Positions 30,461 through 41,165 of a stretch of DNA of 64,000 nt are shown one piece after another. The position numbers and the translations under genes were made by a program. How positions within the stretch are numbered: position 1 is the stretch's first letter; every line of letters begins with the position of its first letter. The notes beneath the pieces were generated by a model, which searched no databases, had not been told where the DNA came from, and saw only the letters and a program-made list of their open reading frames with translations. Source of the stretch: Roseibacillus sp. (GTDB taxonomy: Bacteria > Verrucomicrobiota > Verrucomicrobiia > Verrucomicrobiales > Akkermansiaceae). Location: NCBI GenBank assembly GCA_051251855.1, contig JBPOGI010000004.1, positions 64,001 through 128,000 of the forward strand. The letters run 5' to 3'.

Positions 30461-31993
30461 CTAAAGTTTCCGGTCTTCACCAAACTGAACAGTAAGCTCT
30501 TCCCACTTCGCGCTCATCTTCTCGACGCGCTCCGGTTGCGCTTCCGCGAGGTCAGTCGCCTCTCCTCGGTCTCTCGAGAGATCATACAGCTGCCACTCCT
30601 TTCCCATATAGGGAGTCTTCACGATCTTCCAATTTTCTTGCCGAAGAGCCATATTCTTCTGGTGATTCCAATAAATGAACTCACGAGCGGGCGCGCTGCC
30701 CTCTTCTAGGAGACCCTTCAAACTGACCCCAGGAAACGCCGGTTGCTTTCCTGAATCTACGGTCCCGCCAGCCAACTCAACAATCGTCGGAAGCAAATCC
30801 ACCACATGACCCGGCGTGTGGTCGATGGCCCCCTTCCCCTTCAACCCCTTCGGCCAATGGGCAATGAGAGGCGTCGCAATTCCGCCTTCATGGGTCCAAT
30901 GCTTGTGAAGACGAAAGGGAGTATTGCACGCCGTCGACCAACCCGCCCCCAGACAGAGATAACTATCAGCCGAACCCAACCTCGAACCGATGGTATTCTT
31001 ATCCCCTCGATTCAACTGCTCACTAGTGGCACCATTGTCCGAGAAAAACAGAATGAGAGTGTCCTCATAAGCATTCATCGCTTTCAGCTGAGCGACCACG
31101 CGACCAATCTCTTGATCCATCCGATCAATCATCGCGCAATGAATGGCCATCTTGGTCGCCTGATAGGTCTTCTCCTCTTCGGACAAAGCGTCCCAAGCCA
31201 CCGCATACCGACGCTCTCCAGGATGAATTTTTTCCTTTAAGTCTTTTTCCGTAGGACTCCATTTCGCGGTGATAGTTTCATCTCGCTCGGCATACTTGAC
31301 ATCCAAGAGTCCCAACTCTTTCAACTTGGCATTGCGACGCTCGCGCTCCACGTCCCAGCCGTGAGCAAACGTCCCCTCATACTTGGCAATATCCTCCTCA
31401 AGCGCATGCAAAGGAAAGTGCGGACTTGTGAAAGCGAGATACATGTAAAACGGACTCTCCTCATAGCTCGCCGCATGCTCCTTAAGAAAGCCCGTCGCTC
31501 GCTCACCAATATCTGTCGTGAGATAATATCCCTCCTTACGGCCTCCGTCTGGCAGAGGCTCATCATTGAGAAAATTATCCTGCTCTGTGAAAAAACGATC
31601 CCAGTTATCGGACATGAAGGACTGGTCAAAGCCTCCATGCTTGATCGGCTTTGTTCCCGTCACATGCCACTTTCCACTGTGATAGGAACGATAACCCAAA
31701 GGCTTGAGATAACTCGGCAACATTGTTCTCTTCGTAGCCTTCTTCTCCACCTGAACATAATGGTAACCCGTCATCAGGGCTGTGCGTGTGGGCCAGCAGC
31801 GAGCAGTATTGTAGAAATTGGTGAAGCGAGTGCCCTGATTCGCCAACGCATCCAGATGGGGCGTCTCCACCGGCCCACCGTAGCATCCTAGGTCTGAGTA
31901 TCCCAAGTCATCGGCAAGAATCACAAGAACGTTGGGCTTCGCTGTCAAATGCGCCATCGCCAGGAGCGGGAGTAAGAGAAAGTAGTTCTTCAT
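30461..31993 (-). CDS. Arylsulfatase (formylglycine-dependent)
   Basis: LADDLGYSD, CWPTRTALMTG, GKWH and SDNG motifs; signal peptide. Confidence 0.93.
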   Translation of the reverse strand: MKNYFLLLPLLAMAHLTAKPNVLVILADDLGYSDLGCYGGPVETPHLDALANQGTRFTNFYNTARCWPTRTALMTGYHYVQVEKKATKRTMLPSYLKPLGYRSYHSGKWHVTGTKPIKHGGFDQSFMSDNWDRFFTEQDNFLNDEPLPDGGRKEGYYLTTDIGERATGFLKEHAASYEESPFYMYLAFTSPHFPLHALEEDIAKYEGTFAHGWDVERERRNAKLKELGLLDVKYAERDETITAKWSPTEKDLKEKIHPGERRYAVAWDALSEEEKTYQATKMAIHCAMIDRMDQEIGRVVAQLKAMNAYEDTLILFFSDNGATSEQLNRGDKNTIGSRLGSADSYLCLGAGWSTACNTPFRLHKHWTHEGGIATPLIAHWPKGLKGKGAIDHTPGHVVDLLPTIVELAGGTVDSGKQPAFPGVSLKGLLEEGSAPAREFIYWNHQKNMALRQENWKIVKTPYMGKEWQLYDLSRDRGEATDLAEAQPERVEKMSAKWEELTVQFGEDRKL

Positions 31994-32149
31994 AGAAAAA
32001 GAGTTGGAGTTCTAACGAACTCCATCGCCTATTTCTTGCAGTCCAGCTACTCTAAAATGCCTTACGGAACGCTAAACTCCCTTGGACTCCAACGTAGGGA
32101 AAACAAATTTTGAATTGCTACCTCGACTCCACCTTTACAAAGTCGACGA

Positions 32150-32557
32150 GTGAAACTCTTACTCTGGTTAGCAATTGGCTTTCTTCTCTTCGGGATGCTC
32201 TGCCTGCTAGAGAGAGACTCTGGGCTGGAATTCTACCTGAACGACGGCCAAGCATCGCTCTTTGTTGCTTTAGCCGTTCTCGCCGGATCCTCCCTCATCT
32301 CCGTCTGTTCTCTCTCTCCGTCCAACGATTCTGAACTCTATCGAGCCTTTTGCAAAGTCACCGCCGAACTCGAAGAGGGTCCTCTCACTAGAGAGGAACT
32401 TGGAGTCAAAATCGTGAGTAGGCACGACAGCACAGGCTTCGAAAGCCAAGGCCACATCGAAACCACTTTTTCCGAAACTCAACTCGTGGTACTGGAACGC
32501 CTCATCTATGAAGGGAAAATCATTGAGCGCAACGGCAAGCTCAGCCTTCCAAGCTAA
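32150..32557 (+). CDS. Hypothetical membrane protein
   Basis: GTG-start 135-aa ORF with two hydrophobic segments filling the gap. Confidence 0.55.
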   Translation: MKLLLWLAIGFLLFGMLCLLERDSGLEFYLNDGQASLFVALAVLAGSSLISVCSLSPSNDSELYRAFCKVTAELEEGPLTREELGVKIVSRHDSTGFESQGHIETTFSETQLVVLERLIYEGKIIERNGKLSLPS

Positions 32558-32616
32558 CCCCCCTTTCAAAGACTTCCTCCTTTCGGCCAGCTACTTTCCT
32601 AGATAGAACGACGCTC

Positions 32617-34611
32617 ATGCGACTCCTTGGATACCTTCTCGCAGCGGTCACTCTTCCAGCCCAAACGGAATTGGAAGAAACCGTCGTCATCGCTGAGCGT
32701 CTCCCAAGCAGTTGGCTGGCTCCCAACTTTGACGACTCCGCCATTTCGCAACGAAATCCTCTCTCAGTCGACCAACTCCTGTTAGAAGACCCGGCCGTCT
32801 CACTCTTTCGGCGTCAAGACGCCACCTTCGCCAACCCCACCGCAGCAGGCGTCTCACTCCGCAGAACCGGAGCCACCGCCACCGCCCGCACCCTCGTGCT
32901 CCGCGACGGCATCCCCCAGAACGACCCCTTTGGAGGCTGGATCTCGTGGATGCGCTATCGACCTTCCCTATTTGACTCCATTCGCATCGTCCCTTCCGCC
33001 AACGCCACCGCTTGGGGAAACCAATCCACCTCGGGAACGATTCAGCTCAGCAGTCGTGACCCATGGACTCCCTTTCACGAACTCAGCACCACCCTCGGTT
33101 CACGCGAAACCTGGGCCCTCGAAACTACCCACAACTTCTCTAACAACGACCAAACCATTGCGCTTCAGGTTAACGCCTTCACCTTCCAAAGCGATGGTCA
33201 TCATCCCCTAGCATCCAATCAACGAGGAGCCATCGATCGCACCCTCTCAGTTGAGGCCAGCGGCATCGACCTCCGCACCACCTGGCGACCGCAAGAAGAC
33301 TTCCAACTCGAAGCCACCCTCTCAGCCTTCCAAGAAGAGCGCGGCAATGGCTCCGACCTCACCAACAACGCGACCGACGCCCTCGACTTCTCCCTGCGAG
33401 CCACGTGGGAAACGCCCACCGTCACACACCAAGCGACCGGCTACTACCAACAACGCGACTTTGCAGCCGTTTTCACATCGCAAGCGGCAGACCGCAGCAG
33501 CGAAAGCATTGCCCTCGACCAATTCGACGTCCCCGGCACCGGGATCGGAGGCTCCTTCAGCAGCCGGTTTTCTGCTTGGGAAAATCTCACCCTCACTTTG
33601 GGCCTCGACGCCCGCCACCTCGATGGCGAAACCAATGAACGCGTCGCCTTTGACAACCGCATTCGCACTGCCGGCGGCACCCAAACCTTCTTAGGAGCCT
33701 TCCTGCAAGCCTCCACCACCCTTCCTTCCGACATCGAACTCGATGCCTCAGCTCGCCTCGACTACTACCAATCCCGCGACGGCATTCTGCGCGAAGTCCG
33801 CACCGACGGCACCTTTCGCACCAACGATTCTTACCCTGACCAAGAGTCTTGGGAGCCTTCCTTCGGCCTCACCTTAGGCAAACAAACCACTGACACCCTT
33901 CACCTCTCTGCGGGACTTTCCTCATCATTCCGCGCTCCCACTCTCAACGAACTCTATCGCGGCTTCCGTGTGCGCAACGACATCACCAACGCCAACCCCG
34001 ATCTCGATCCCGAGCGCTTCTACTCTGCCGAACTCACTGCCACCTATACTCCCTCCCAGACAACTGAGTGGAGCAACACCCTCTTTGCCCACCACATCTC
34101 CGACGCTATCGCCAACGTTCCTCTCACCATCGCTCCCACCGGCACCACAGCTCAAAGACTGAATGTCGATTCTGCTCGGGTCTATGGTCTTGAATCCCGC
34201 TTCCACTACCAGCCCTGCGACACCTTCCAAGCCACCCTCTCCTACCAATTCACCGAAACCGAATTTACCGACTCCGACCGGCAACCTCTCCTCGAAGGAG
34301 AGCCCTTCCCACACTCCCCCCGCCACAAAGCCGTCGCCTCCCTCAGTTGGCAAGCAGCCTCCTATCTCGCCTTAGGAGCGAGCACCACCTACTCCAGCAG
34401 CGCCTACGACGATGCCCTCGCCACCCGAAAGCTTGATAACTACTGGACCTCTAGTATCTCCGCCCAATATCATGCCACCGAACACCTCACCCTCATTGGA
34501 CGCATCGATAACCTCTTCGACCAAGACATCGAAACAGGCCTCGCCTCCAACGAACTCCTCTCCCTCGCCACTCCACGCACCTTCCTCCTCACCGCCCGCT
34601 ATCGCTGGTAA
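32617..34611 (+). CDS. TonB-dependent receptor
   Basis: TonB box ETVVIAE; plug (SLRRTG...LVLRDGIPQND); FRAPTLNELY, NPDLDPE, IDNLFD; C-terminal YRW. Confidence 0.92.
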   Translation: MRLLGYLLAAVTLPAQTELEETVVIAERLPSSWLAPNFDDSAISQRNPLSVDQLLLEDPAVSLFRRQDATFANPTAAGVSLRRTGATATARTLVLRDGIPQNDPFGGWISWMRYRPSLFDSIRIVPSANATAWGNQSTSGTIQLSSRDPWTPFHELSTTLGSRETWALETTHNFSNNDQTIALQVNAFTFQSDGHHPLASNQRGAIDRTLSVEASGIDLRTTWRPQEDFQLEATLSAFQEERGNGSDLTNNATDALDFSLRATWETPTVTHQATGYYQQRDFAAVFTSQAADRSSESIALDQFDVPGTGIGGSFSSRFSAWENLTLTLGLDARHLDGETNERVAFDNRIRTAGGTQTFLGAFLQASTTLPSDIELDASARLDYYQSRDGILREVRTDGTFRTNDSYPDQESWEPSFGLTLGKQTTDTLHLSAGLSSSFRAPTLNELYRGFRVRNDITNANPDLDPERFYSAELTATYTPSQTTEWSNTLFAHHISDAIANVPLTIAPTGTTAQRLNVDSARVYGLESRFHYQPCDTFQATLSYQFTETEFTDSDRQPLLEGEPFPHSPRHKAVASLSWQAASYLALGASTTYSSSAYDDALATRKLDNYWTSSISAQYHATEHLTLIGRIDNLFDQDIETGLASNELLSLATPRTFLLTARYRW

Positions 34612-34617
34612 ACCGAC

Positions 34618-35586
34618 CTAAGGCAGCTTCTGCTCAAAGAGCCACTCCCAAACTTCGGGGTCTTTCGCGAGCTTCCAGTGAATCCCATTGTGATCAGCAT
34701 CGGGCAAGATAGTCGCGCGAAACTCGATTCCATCTTCCTGAAACTTCCCCTGCAAATTCTCCACATTAGAGCTATCTCGGTCTTTCGAGTAATAACTCCA
34801 CATCGGAGTCTTGGTCTGACCCACCCACGAATCCTTAGGTCCTCCATCCGCAAAAACAGCACCCGCATAAAGAGTCGGCCGCCGCTCGATCAACTTCCCG
34901 ATCCCCTGTCCGCCCATCGAGTAGCCACAAAGGTAAATGCGGTCCCGGTCAATTGGCAGGCTGTTTACCAAATCATCGATAAGCGCCTCTAGCTTCGTCA
35001 AAATGACATCCTTGGTCCAAGTCATCGGCTCAGGAGGACAGGTCGGCACCAACACCACACAAGGATAATCCTCATACCAATCACTCTTCGTGATCGTCTG
35101 TGGCGCAATCTCCACCTTACCGGCCTCTACCGAATCCGCACGCGCACTCGCACCATGAAGATTCACAAAGAGCGGCACCACCGGACCGGCTTTCTTTCTC
35201 GTCACTTCTTTCCCAATAAAAAGCTGATGCACCATCCCATGCTTCGCTTCATCACCCAAGACCCACTCACCCTTTACCGCATCCGCATAAGGACCTTCCT
35301 CGAAACCTCCACTCCTTGCCTCATCTTTTTCGGCCAGCGCCTTCTCCGCCTCCTGCTTCGCGACCAACTCCGTAACGAGCTTCTGATCCTCCTCTGACAA
35401 AAGCCGAACCGGCACCTTTACCGGCCGCCCATTCTTCTCCACTACGATTTGCTCTGCCGAAAGCTCAACCAGCTTCCCTTCCAAAGGCCGTCCATCCGCC
35501 GAGGTCCACGTGCGGGTTTCCCCCACTTGACCCCAGCTATCCATACCACTAACAAGGAGAAAAATCGCCGGTAAGAGTGCTTTCAT
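34618..35586 (-). CDS. Secreted alpha/beta hydrolase with N-terminal SHD1-like domain
   Basis: RTWTSADGR...LSEEDQ (SHD1); LHG, IDRDRIYLCGYSMGG (GxSxG), C-terminal His. Confidence 0.82.
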   Translation of the reverse strand: MKALLPAIFLLVSGMDSWGQVGETRTWTSADGRPLEGKLVELSAEQIVVEKNGRPVKVPVRLLSEEDQKLVTELVAKQEAEKALAEKDEARSGGFEEGPYADAVKGEWVLGDEAKHGMVHQLFIGKEVTRKKAGPVVPLFVNLHGASARADSVEAGKVEIAPQTITKSDWYEDYPCVVLVPTCPPEPMTWTKDVILTKLEALIDDLVNSLPIDRDRIYLCGYSMGGQGIGKLIERRPTLYAGAVFADGGPKDSWVGQTKTPMWSYYSKDRDSSNVENLQGKFQEDGIEFRATILPDADHNGIHWKLAKDPEVWEWLFEQKLP

Positions 35587-35684
35587 AACAAAGAGTTAAC
35601 GCAAAACCTTTTCCCTTGGGAGCAAAATGGCCCTCATTTTTTCGTTCACCCCTCACCCTGCTATCGAATACCCTTCCACGGCCT

Positions 35685-36488
35685 ATGAGATTTCTCTCTC
35701 TTCTCACTCTCCTTCCATACTCTCTCTTTGCCGAACCCATCTTCCAAGAGAAAGGAGGCATCGTCGCCATCGAAGCCGAATCCACCTCCTCTCGCCTTGG
35801 CAAATGGGAAAAGAAAACAGACGTCGCCGACTTCATGGGCGAATGCCACCTCGAGTTCACCGGAAACAAGACCATCAGCGGCCCACCCGAATCTCCACTC
35901 AAATACGAATTCACCATCAGAAAAGGTGGCGTCTATCAGCTCACCTTACGAGCTCGCAAACGCCTGGAAACAAAACGCGAAGACATCTCCAACGATTGCT
36001 ATGTCGCCGTGAAGGGCGACTACGAGTCGGGTGGAGAAGCTCCCCTCAAAGTCCTCAAAGACGACACCAAAATGTTTGGAGGCAAAGCCGACAGCTGGGG
36101 CTGGACCAAACAACTCGACGTTTCCCACAAGAAATATGAAGCCAAATACCATTTCAAAGAAGGCGAAACCTACGAACTCATCATCCACGGTCGCTCCAAG
36201 AACTTTAACATCGACCGCATCCTCTTCGTGCACGAAGACGAAGGACTGCGTGGCGCCCAAGATAAGAACCCCAAAGAAAGCGCGCAAGTAGGAGGCAAGG
36301 CTCACTCAAAAATCACGCCCCCCACCGAACGCCTCCTCACCAACAAAGAAGGAAAAACCGTCCTCGCCAAACTCATCTCCAAAGACGGCGATAAGCTCAC
36401 CGTCATCATCAAAGGCCGCAGCCACGAACTCAAAATCTCCGACCTCTCCAACGACGACCAAGAGTTCCTCACCGAGTGGCAACCCTAA
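35685..36488 (+). CDS. Secreted hypothetical protein: jellyroll/CBM-like domain plus C-terminal SHD1-like domain
   Basis: Signal peptide; GIVAIEAE...FNIDRILF; RLLTNKEGKTV...LSNDDQEFL. Confidence 0.72.
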   Translation: MRFLSLLTLLPYSLFAEPIFQEKGGIVAIEAESTSSRLGKWEKKTDVADFMGECHLEFTGNKTISGPPESPLKYEFTIRKGGVYQLTLRARKRLETKREDISNDCYVAVKGDYESGGEAPLKVLKDDTKMFGGKADSWGWTKQLDVSHKKYEAKYHFKEGETYELIIHGRSKNFNIDRILFVHEDEGLRGAQDKNPKESAQVGGKAHSKITPPTERLLTNKEGKTVLAKLISKDGDKLTVIIKGRSHELKISDLSNDDQEFLTEWQP

Positions 36489-36518
36489 TCCAGAAACGTC
36501 CACTAGGAGTAACTCCCC

Positions 36519-39500
36519 CTACCCCTCCTTCAAACTCCCCAGGTAATCAATCAGCGAGTTGAACTGTTCCACAGTAAGATTCCCACCCAGCCCCGCAGGC
36601 ATCATCGACTGGGGCTGCTCCACACGGCTCTCGATATCCTCCTCCTTTAGGGTTGTCACCACTCCGCCGATATTACGCACATCTACTTGCCCATCTTCTT
36701 CACGGGTCACAAAGCCCATGTGAACGGTGCCATCGTTCATCGTCACCAGCTGAGTCCGAAATCCCTGCGACACCGTGGCCTCCGGAGCCAGAATCGATTC
36801 CACCAAATAGTCCCGCGTAAACTTACTCCCCGCCGAACCAAGATAAGGCCCTTTCTGCACTTCATCCAGACTCACCGCATGACAACTTGCACAAGCTTGT
36901 TGGGTGAAGAGCGCCTTCCCCGCGGCCAGGTCACCCTTGCCTTCTCCCGCCATAATTTGTGCCGTCACCTTTGCCGCATCCAGAGTCATCACCATCGCAC
37001 CCTCACTCGCCGCAGCCGCCCCGGCAATAGCATCGCGCGCCGCCGTAGCCGCTTCAATGAGAGCCGTATTATCCCCTTCCATTGCATGGGCGATTGGCCC
37101 CTCAAAGCCCGTCAACTTCATCTCTGCCAAAGCATGAAAATATCCCAGTGCCCGCGGATTATCGAGAGCCATCGCCTTCGCATTTTCGGCGTAGCGCGCT
37201 TTAATCAGCGGGCTACGCGAGAAAGTAAGAATCGCTTTCCAAGCAATCCGACTGACTTCTGGTTCCGCTTGCTGACCAAGCTTCTTCAAGTCCTGCAAAC
37301 GAAGAATGAGAGCAGGCGCATTAATGAACTCATTGGTCTCACGTTCAGCCTCATCCTTCAACGAGTCATCTTGCGACCAAGCAGCCAAAACTTCTAACTG
37401 CTTGCTCAGCGCAGACATCTCTTCCGAACGAGAGAGCGCTCGGTAGCAAGCAAGACGCTGCTTCCACTTTCTCTTAGAATCGAGAGCGGCTTTCACCAAA
37501 ATTTCAATCTGTCCCTCACTCGCCGATTGCGCCCCCAAGGCCATCAAGACCGGATCAAGCCCGCCCAAATCCATTTTCGTAACGTCCAATCGATTCGCTG
37601 CCAAGAGAGTCAAAGCCTTCTCTCGGTCCTCCTCTTTCAACTTCGCAAATGCCGCCTCAAGCGACTTGATCGCATGCTTACTTTCGTCCCAGCGCACGAG
37701 AGAGAAATACGGCCCTCGGTCATCGGGACGTGTCCCCCACCAAGCCTTCTCATCCCACGCCCCCTCGCGATGAACCAACCGAGCGAGCACCGCCATCACC
37801 TCCAATCGCAATGTGTGGTCATCACCCGCTTGCACAAGAATCTCCTCCAATCCCAAGACTGCCGTTTTGGTATGCATTCGCTTGAGAGCAGCCAAGGCAA
37901 TCCCTCGCGTCTTCGAATCCATCACTGCATCTAAACATGCTTGGTCAGCTCGGGTCACTTGTTCCGCCTTGTCTGCATCGGCGACTTTATCCGCTTTATC
38001 TGCGGCCGCCTTGGCCGCCTTGGCCGCTCTATCCGCTTTAGCTTGTAGAATCCCCAAGACCTCCACCGCCGTATGCGGAAAACGATAGTCTTGATTCCCC
38101 TCGAGCTTACTCAAACCATTGAAACTCTCTGCCGCCGACTTGATGAGCTCCGAAGCCATCTCCACTCGCTGTCCCCGCTCAATCAGAATCGCCGCCTGCA
38201 ACCGAACTCGAGGATCAGCATCATTCAACAAGGCCACCAAACGCTCCTCAGAAATATCAGCCACCTTGCCCCGGTAATCACCCAAAGCTCGCACCGCAAA
38301 CTCTCGCACCCGCTCATCTTCCAACAGCGCAATCAAATCCGAATCCGCCTCCTTCTGATAGATTTGCTTCAGCGCAAAAATAGCCGCCACCTTCCCATAG
38401 AGAGGTGCCTCTCCTTGAATCAACGCCACCAACTCCTCCTTCACATTCGCCTTCTTTCCCCTACGCACCAAAATCTGCTGAGCCTCCAAACGCCGTACCG
38501 CACTGCGATGCGCCAACTGCGCCACCAGGTCCCCATCCCCCTTCGCGTTCAAGTCCGGCCACGGCTCCGCTTGATAGCCCTTGGGAACAACTCGATGAAT
38601 CAGTCCAATCTTCTTCCCCTCACCTGCGAAGACGAAGCGACCACCCCGCCAGTCAGCCGTATACAGACGCGACTCACCATCGACATCAATATCAGTCGCA
38701 CGCGTCAGATTCATCCACTCTTCCTGCTTCACCTCATAAGTCGCCTCAAAAGGCTTCATCGCATGGTGGTAAATTTTTCCCGTGGTCCAATCGCACGTAT
38801 AAAGCATATCGCCAAAGTCTCCAGGGAAGCCCGGCTCATGAAGATAGAGAGCCCCCGTCCCACTCCCGCCACCCAAATCTAACAAAGGCTTCACCGCTTC
38901 CTCTTTAAAATTCTTATAGAGTCGCGGATAACCATGATTGGAAAGATTACTCTGGTGGTGAACTCGAGTATTCCACCCTTTACCGTCGTTCGTATTGTCC
39001 CGAACAAAATGGTCCAGGTAAGGACTCATCGCCACATCACATTGATTACGGGTATAATAGGAGTAAACCTCCAACCCCGTGCCATCGGGACGCACCCGAG
39101 CGACGCCACCGCCATAGAGAGTCACCTTCTTACCATCGGTTCCCGTCGACGAACTCATTCCAAAGTCCCCCACCGCGATATAGAGCCAACCATCAATCCC
39201 CATCCGAACCGCGTTCGTGGTATGGTCCCCTCCACGAGTCCCCTGCATGCTGGAACCAAAGCCATCGACCAACTGCTTTGATTTATCCGCCACCCCATCC
39301 CCATCTTCGTCCCAGAAAACACTGAGATAAGGAGGATGAATGAGGTAAAACTTGCCATCCACCATGTGACCGCCCCGAGGCGACTCGACGTACGGGATAA
39401 AGTCCCAGAACTTGTCCGCCTTGCCATCGCCACTCTCATCGCGACAGGCCACCACACGGCCCGTGAACCGCCGCCCGATCGATCCATCGGGATCCACCGA

Positions 39501-39782
39501 AACATAAACCGTCCCATCCGGCCCCGCCGCTAAAGCAGCCGGATACTCCACCTCAAAGGGTTCTGCAAAAACCGTCAGCTCGAAACCATCGACCAACACT
39601 TTACCCGGCAGCGCAGGCACTTCTTTTTTCGGCTCCTTTTTCTTACCCTTCCCCTTCTCTTTCTCTTTCTCTTTCTTCTCCTCTTTTTCAGGAGCAGCCG
39701 GCTCTTTTTTCGCAGGAGCAGCCGTTGAAAGCAGGGAAAGGCCTGAAAAGGCGAAAATCGTCAGAAGCAGAGGTGTTTTCAT
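36519..39782 (-). CDS. PVC-type membrane-bound dehydrogenase (beta-propeller) / HEAT repeat / heme-binding CxxCH protein
   Basis: MGIDGWLYIAVGD propeller; HEAT repeats (DADPRVRLQAA); CASCH...GPYL...ESILAP...SMMPAGL. Confidence 0.9.
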   Translation of the reverse strand: MKTPLLLTIFAFSGLSLLSTAAPAKKEPAAPEKEEKKEKEKEKGKGKKKEPKKEVPALPGKVLVDGFELTVFAEPFEVEYPAALAAGPDGTVYVSVDPDGSIGRRFTGRVVACRDESGDGKADKFWDFIPYVESPRGGHMVDGKFYLIHPPYLSVFWDEDGDGVADKSKQLVDGFGSSMQGTRGGDHTTNAVRMGIDGWLYIAVGDFGMSSSTGTDGKKVTLYGGGVARVRPDGTGLEVYSYYTRNQCDVAMSPYLDHFVRDNTNDGKGWNTRVHHQSNLSNHGYPRLYKNFKEEAVKPLLDLGGGSGTGALYLHEPGFPGDFGDMLYTCDWTTGKIYHHAMKPFEATYEVKQEEWMNLTRATDIDVDGESRLYTADWRGGRFVFAGEGKKIGLIHRVVPKGYQAEPWPDLNAKGDGDLVAQLAHRSAVRRLEAQQILVRRGKKANVKEELVALIQGEAPLYGKVAAIFALKQIYQKEADSDLIALLEDERVREFAVRALGDYRGKVADISEERLVALLNDADPRVRLQAAILIERGQRVEMASELIKSAAESFNGLSKLEGNQDYRFPHTAVEVLGILQAKADRAAKAAKAAADKADKVADADKAEQVTRADQACLDAVMDSKTRGIALAALKRMHTKTAVLGLEEILVQAGDDHTLRLEVMAVLARLVHREGAWDEKAWWGTRPDDRGPYFSLVRWDESKHAIKSLEAAFAKLKEEDREKALTLLAANRLDVTKMDLGGLDPVLMALGAQSASEGQIEILVKAALDSKRKWKQRLACYRALSRSEEMSALSKQLEVLAAWSQDDSLKDEAERETNEFINAPALILRLQDLKKLGQQAEPEVSRIAWKAILTFSRSPLIKARYAENAKAMALDNPRALGYFHALAEMKLTGFEGPIAHAMEGDNTALIEAATAARDAIAGAAAASEGAMVMTLDAAKVTAQIMAGEGKGDLAAGKALFTQQACASCHAVSLDEVQKGPYLGSAGSKFTRDYLVESILAPEATVSQGFRTQLVTMNDGTVHMGFVTREEDGQVDVRNIGGVVTTLKEEDIESRVEQPQSMMPAGLGGNLTVEQFNSLIDYLGSLKEG

Positions 39783-39869
39783 CAAAAGGAGCCCCCATTA
39801 CGCGCACAGGAAAACCTGTCTATCAAACCCCTTTTCATAGTCAGGGACAGCCTTCAGCATTTTCTGCAA

Positions 39870-40784
39870 ATGAAGAAAGCTTTCCTCCTCGGCGCCGGTC
39901 TCGGAACCCGCCTCCAGCCCATGACCAACACCGTGCCCAAGCCCTTGGTGCCCGTCTTTCACCGCCCCATGGCCACCCACGCCCTCGATCACCTCCTCAC
40001 CGCCGGAATCACCGAGGTCGCCATCAATACCCATCACCTGCACGAAGAATGGAACCGCGCCTTCCCCGACGGCCACTATCGCGGCATCAACCTCCACTTT
40101 TTCCATGAAAAAGACCTCCTCGAGACCGGCGGCGGTATCAAAAACATCGCCTCCTTCATCGGGACCGACCCCATCCTCGTCTACAACGGCGACATCCTCA
40201 CCAACATCGCGATCGACCAACTCATCGCCGCTCATCTCGCCTCTCAAAATACCGCCACCCTCGCCGTGCGCAGCGAAGGCCCTGCCACCCATCTCGCCGT
40301 CTCCAACAACCAAGTGACCGACATCCGCAACAAACTCGGCGTCGCCGAGGGCACCCATCAGTTCACCGGAATCTACTGCATCGACGCCTCCATCCTCGAC
40401 CGCATTCCCGCCGACGAAAAAGTTTCCATCATCCCCGGCTTTCTCGACTTAGCCAAAGAGCAAAAGCTCGGAGCCTTCCACGCCGACCAAGGCCACTGGC
40501 TCGACCTCGGCACCCGCGATGCTTACCTCGAAACTCACGGCATCGGCGGCGCTCTCGAAACCGGACACGACATCCCCCGTGTTCACGAAACCGCCACCGT
40601 CGGCGAAGGCGCCACCATCACCAACTCCTGGGTCGGCCCTCACTGTCAAGTCGGCCCCAACGCCAGCCTCACCGACACCATCCTCTGGCCCAACACCACC
40701 GTCGAAGCAGGAGCCAACCTCACCACCTGCATCGTCCACACCCCCACCCCAGCGTCAGGCACCCACCAAGACGCCGATCTCTAA
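39870..40784 (+). CDS. NDP-sugar pyrophosphorylase (MurU / mannose-1-P guanylyltransferase-like) with short C-terminal beta-helix
   Basis: LGAGLGTRLQPMT..PKPLV, LETGGG, YNGDI and WLDLGT motifs. Confidence 0.88.
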   Translation: MKKAFLLGAGLGTRLQPMTNTVPKPLVPVFHRPMATHALDHLLTAGITEVAINTHHLHEEWNRAFPDGHYRGINLHFFHEKDLLETGGGIKNIASFIGTDPILVYNGDILTNIAIDQLIAAHLASQNTATLAVRSEGPATHLAVSNNQVTDIRNKLGVAEGTHQFTGIYCIDASILDRIPADEKVSIIPGFLDLAKEQKLGAFHADQGHWLDLGTRDAYLETHGIGGALETGHDIPRVHETATVGEGATITNSWVGPHCQVGPNASLTDTILWPNTTVEAGANLTTCIVHTPTPASGTHQDADL

Positions 40785-40785
40785 C

Positions 40786-41045
40786 GGAGCACGGACATTC
40801 CTGTCCGTGAATCTATCCCACGGACAGGCGACCTTTACTGTCGCCCCCACCGGACCGTCAAAACCCCGGCGGCAATAAAGGCCGCCGCTCCATCACTCCA
40901 CCCTCCTCCTCATTTGTCCCAGCGGGACAGCCAGAAGGTAGCCCCGCGGAAGCACCTCGGGGATCCCCCGCAACAAGAAAAACAAGAGCAAGCGTGCGAT
41001 CCCAATTCCATCAACAACCCACCCGCAGCGACCCGAAAAACCCGA
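40786..41045. repeat. Composite REP cluster: type B at 40786-40809, type A at 40822-40845, inverted type A at 40868-40891, then a ~130-bp element
   Basis: The whole block is repeated with divergence at 43458-43738. Confidence 0.85.
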
Positions 41046-41165
41046 CCTCCTCGAAAATCTCCCTTAAACGCCAAAACCCTTCCCTCACGCCGAACCTCCT
41101 TTAGAAACAATTCTGTAAGATCCTCGCGACCATCAAGGTTACCTGTTGTGTAGTAATAATCATTG

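Noticed and set aside
39620..39712. Purine/pyrimidine-rich simple repeat
   Set aside because: It simply encodes a Lys/Glu-rich linker after the signal peptide
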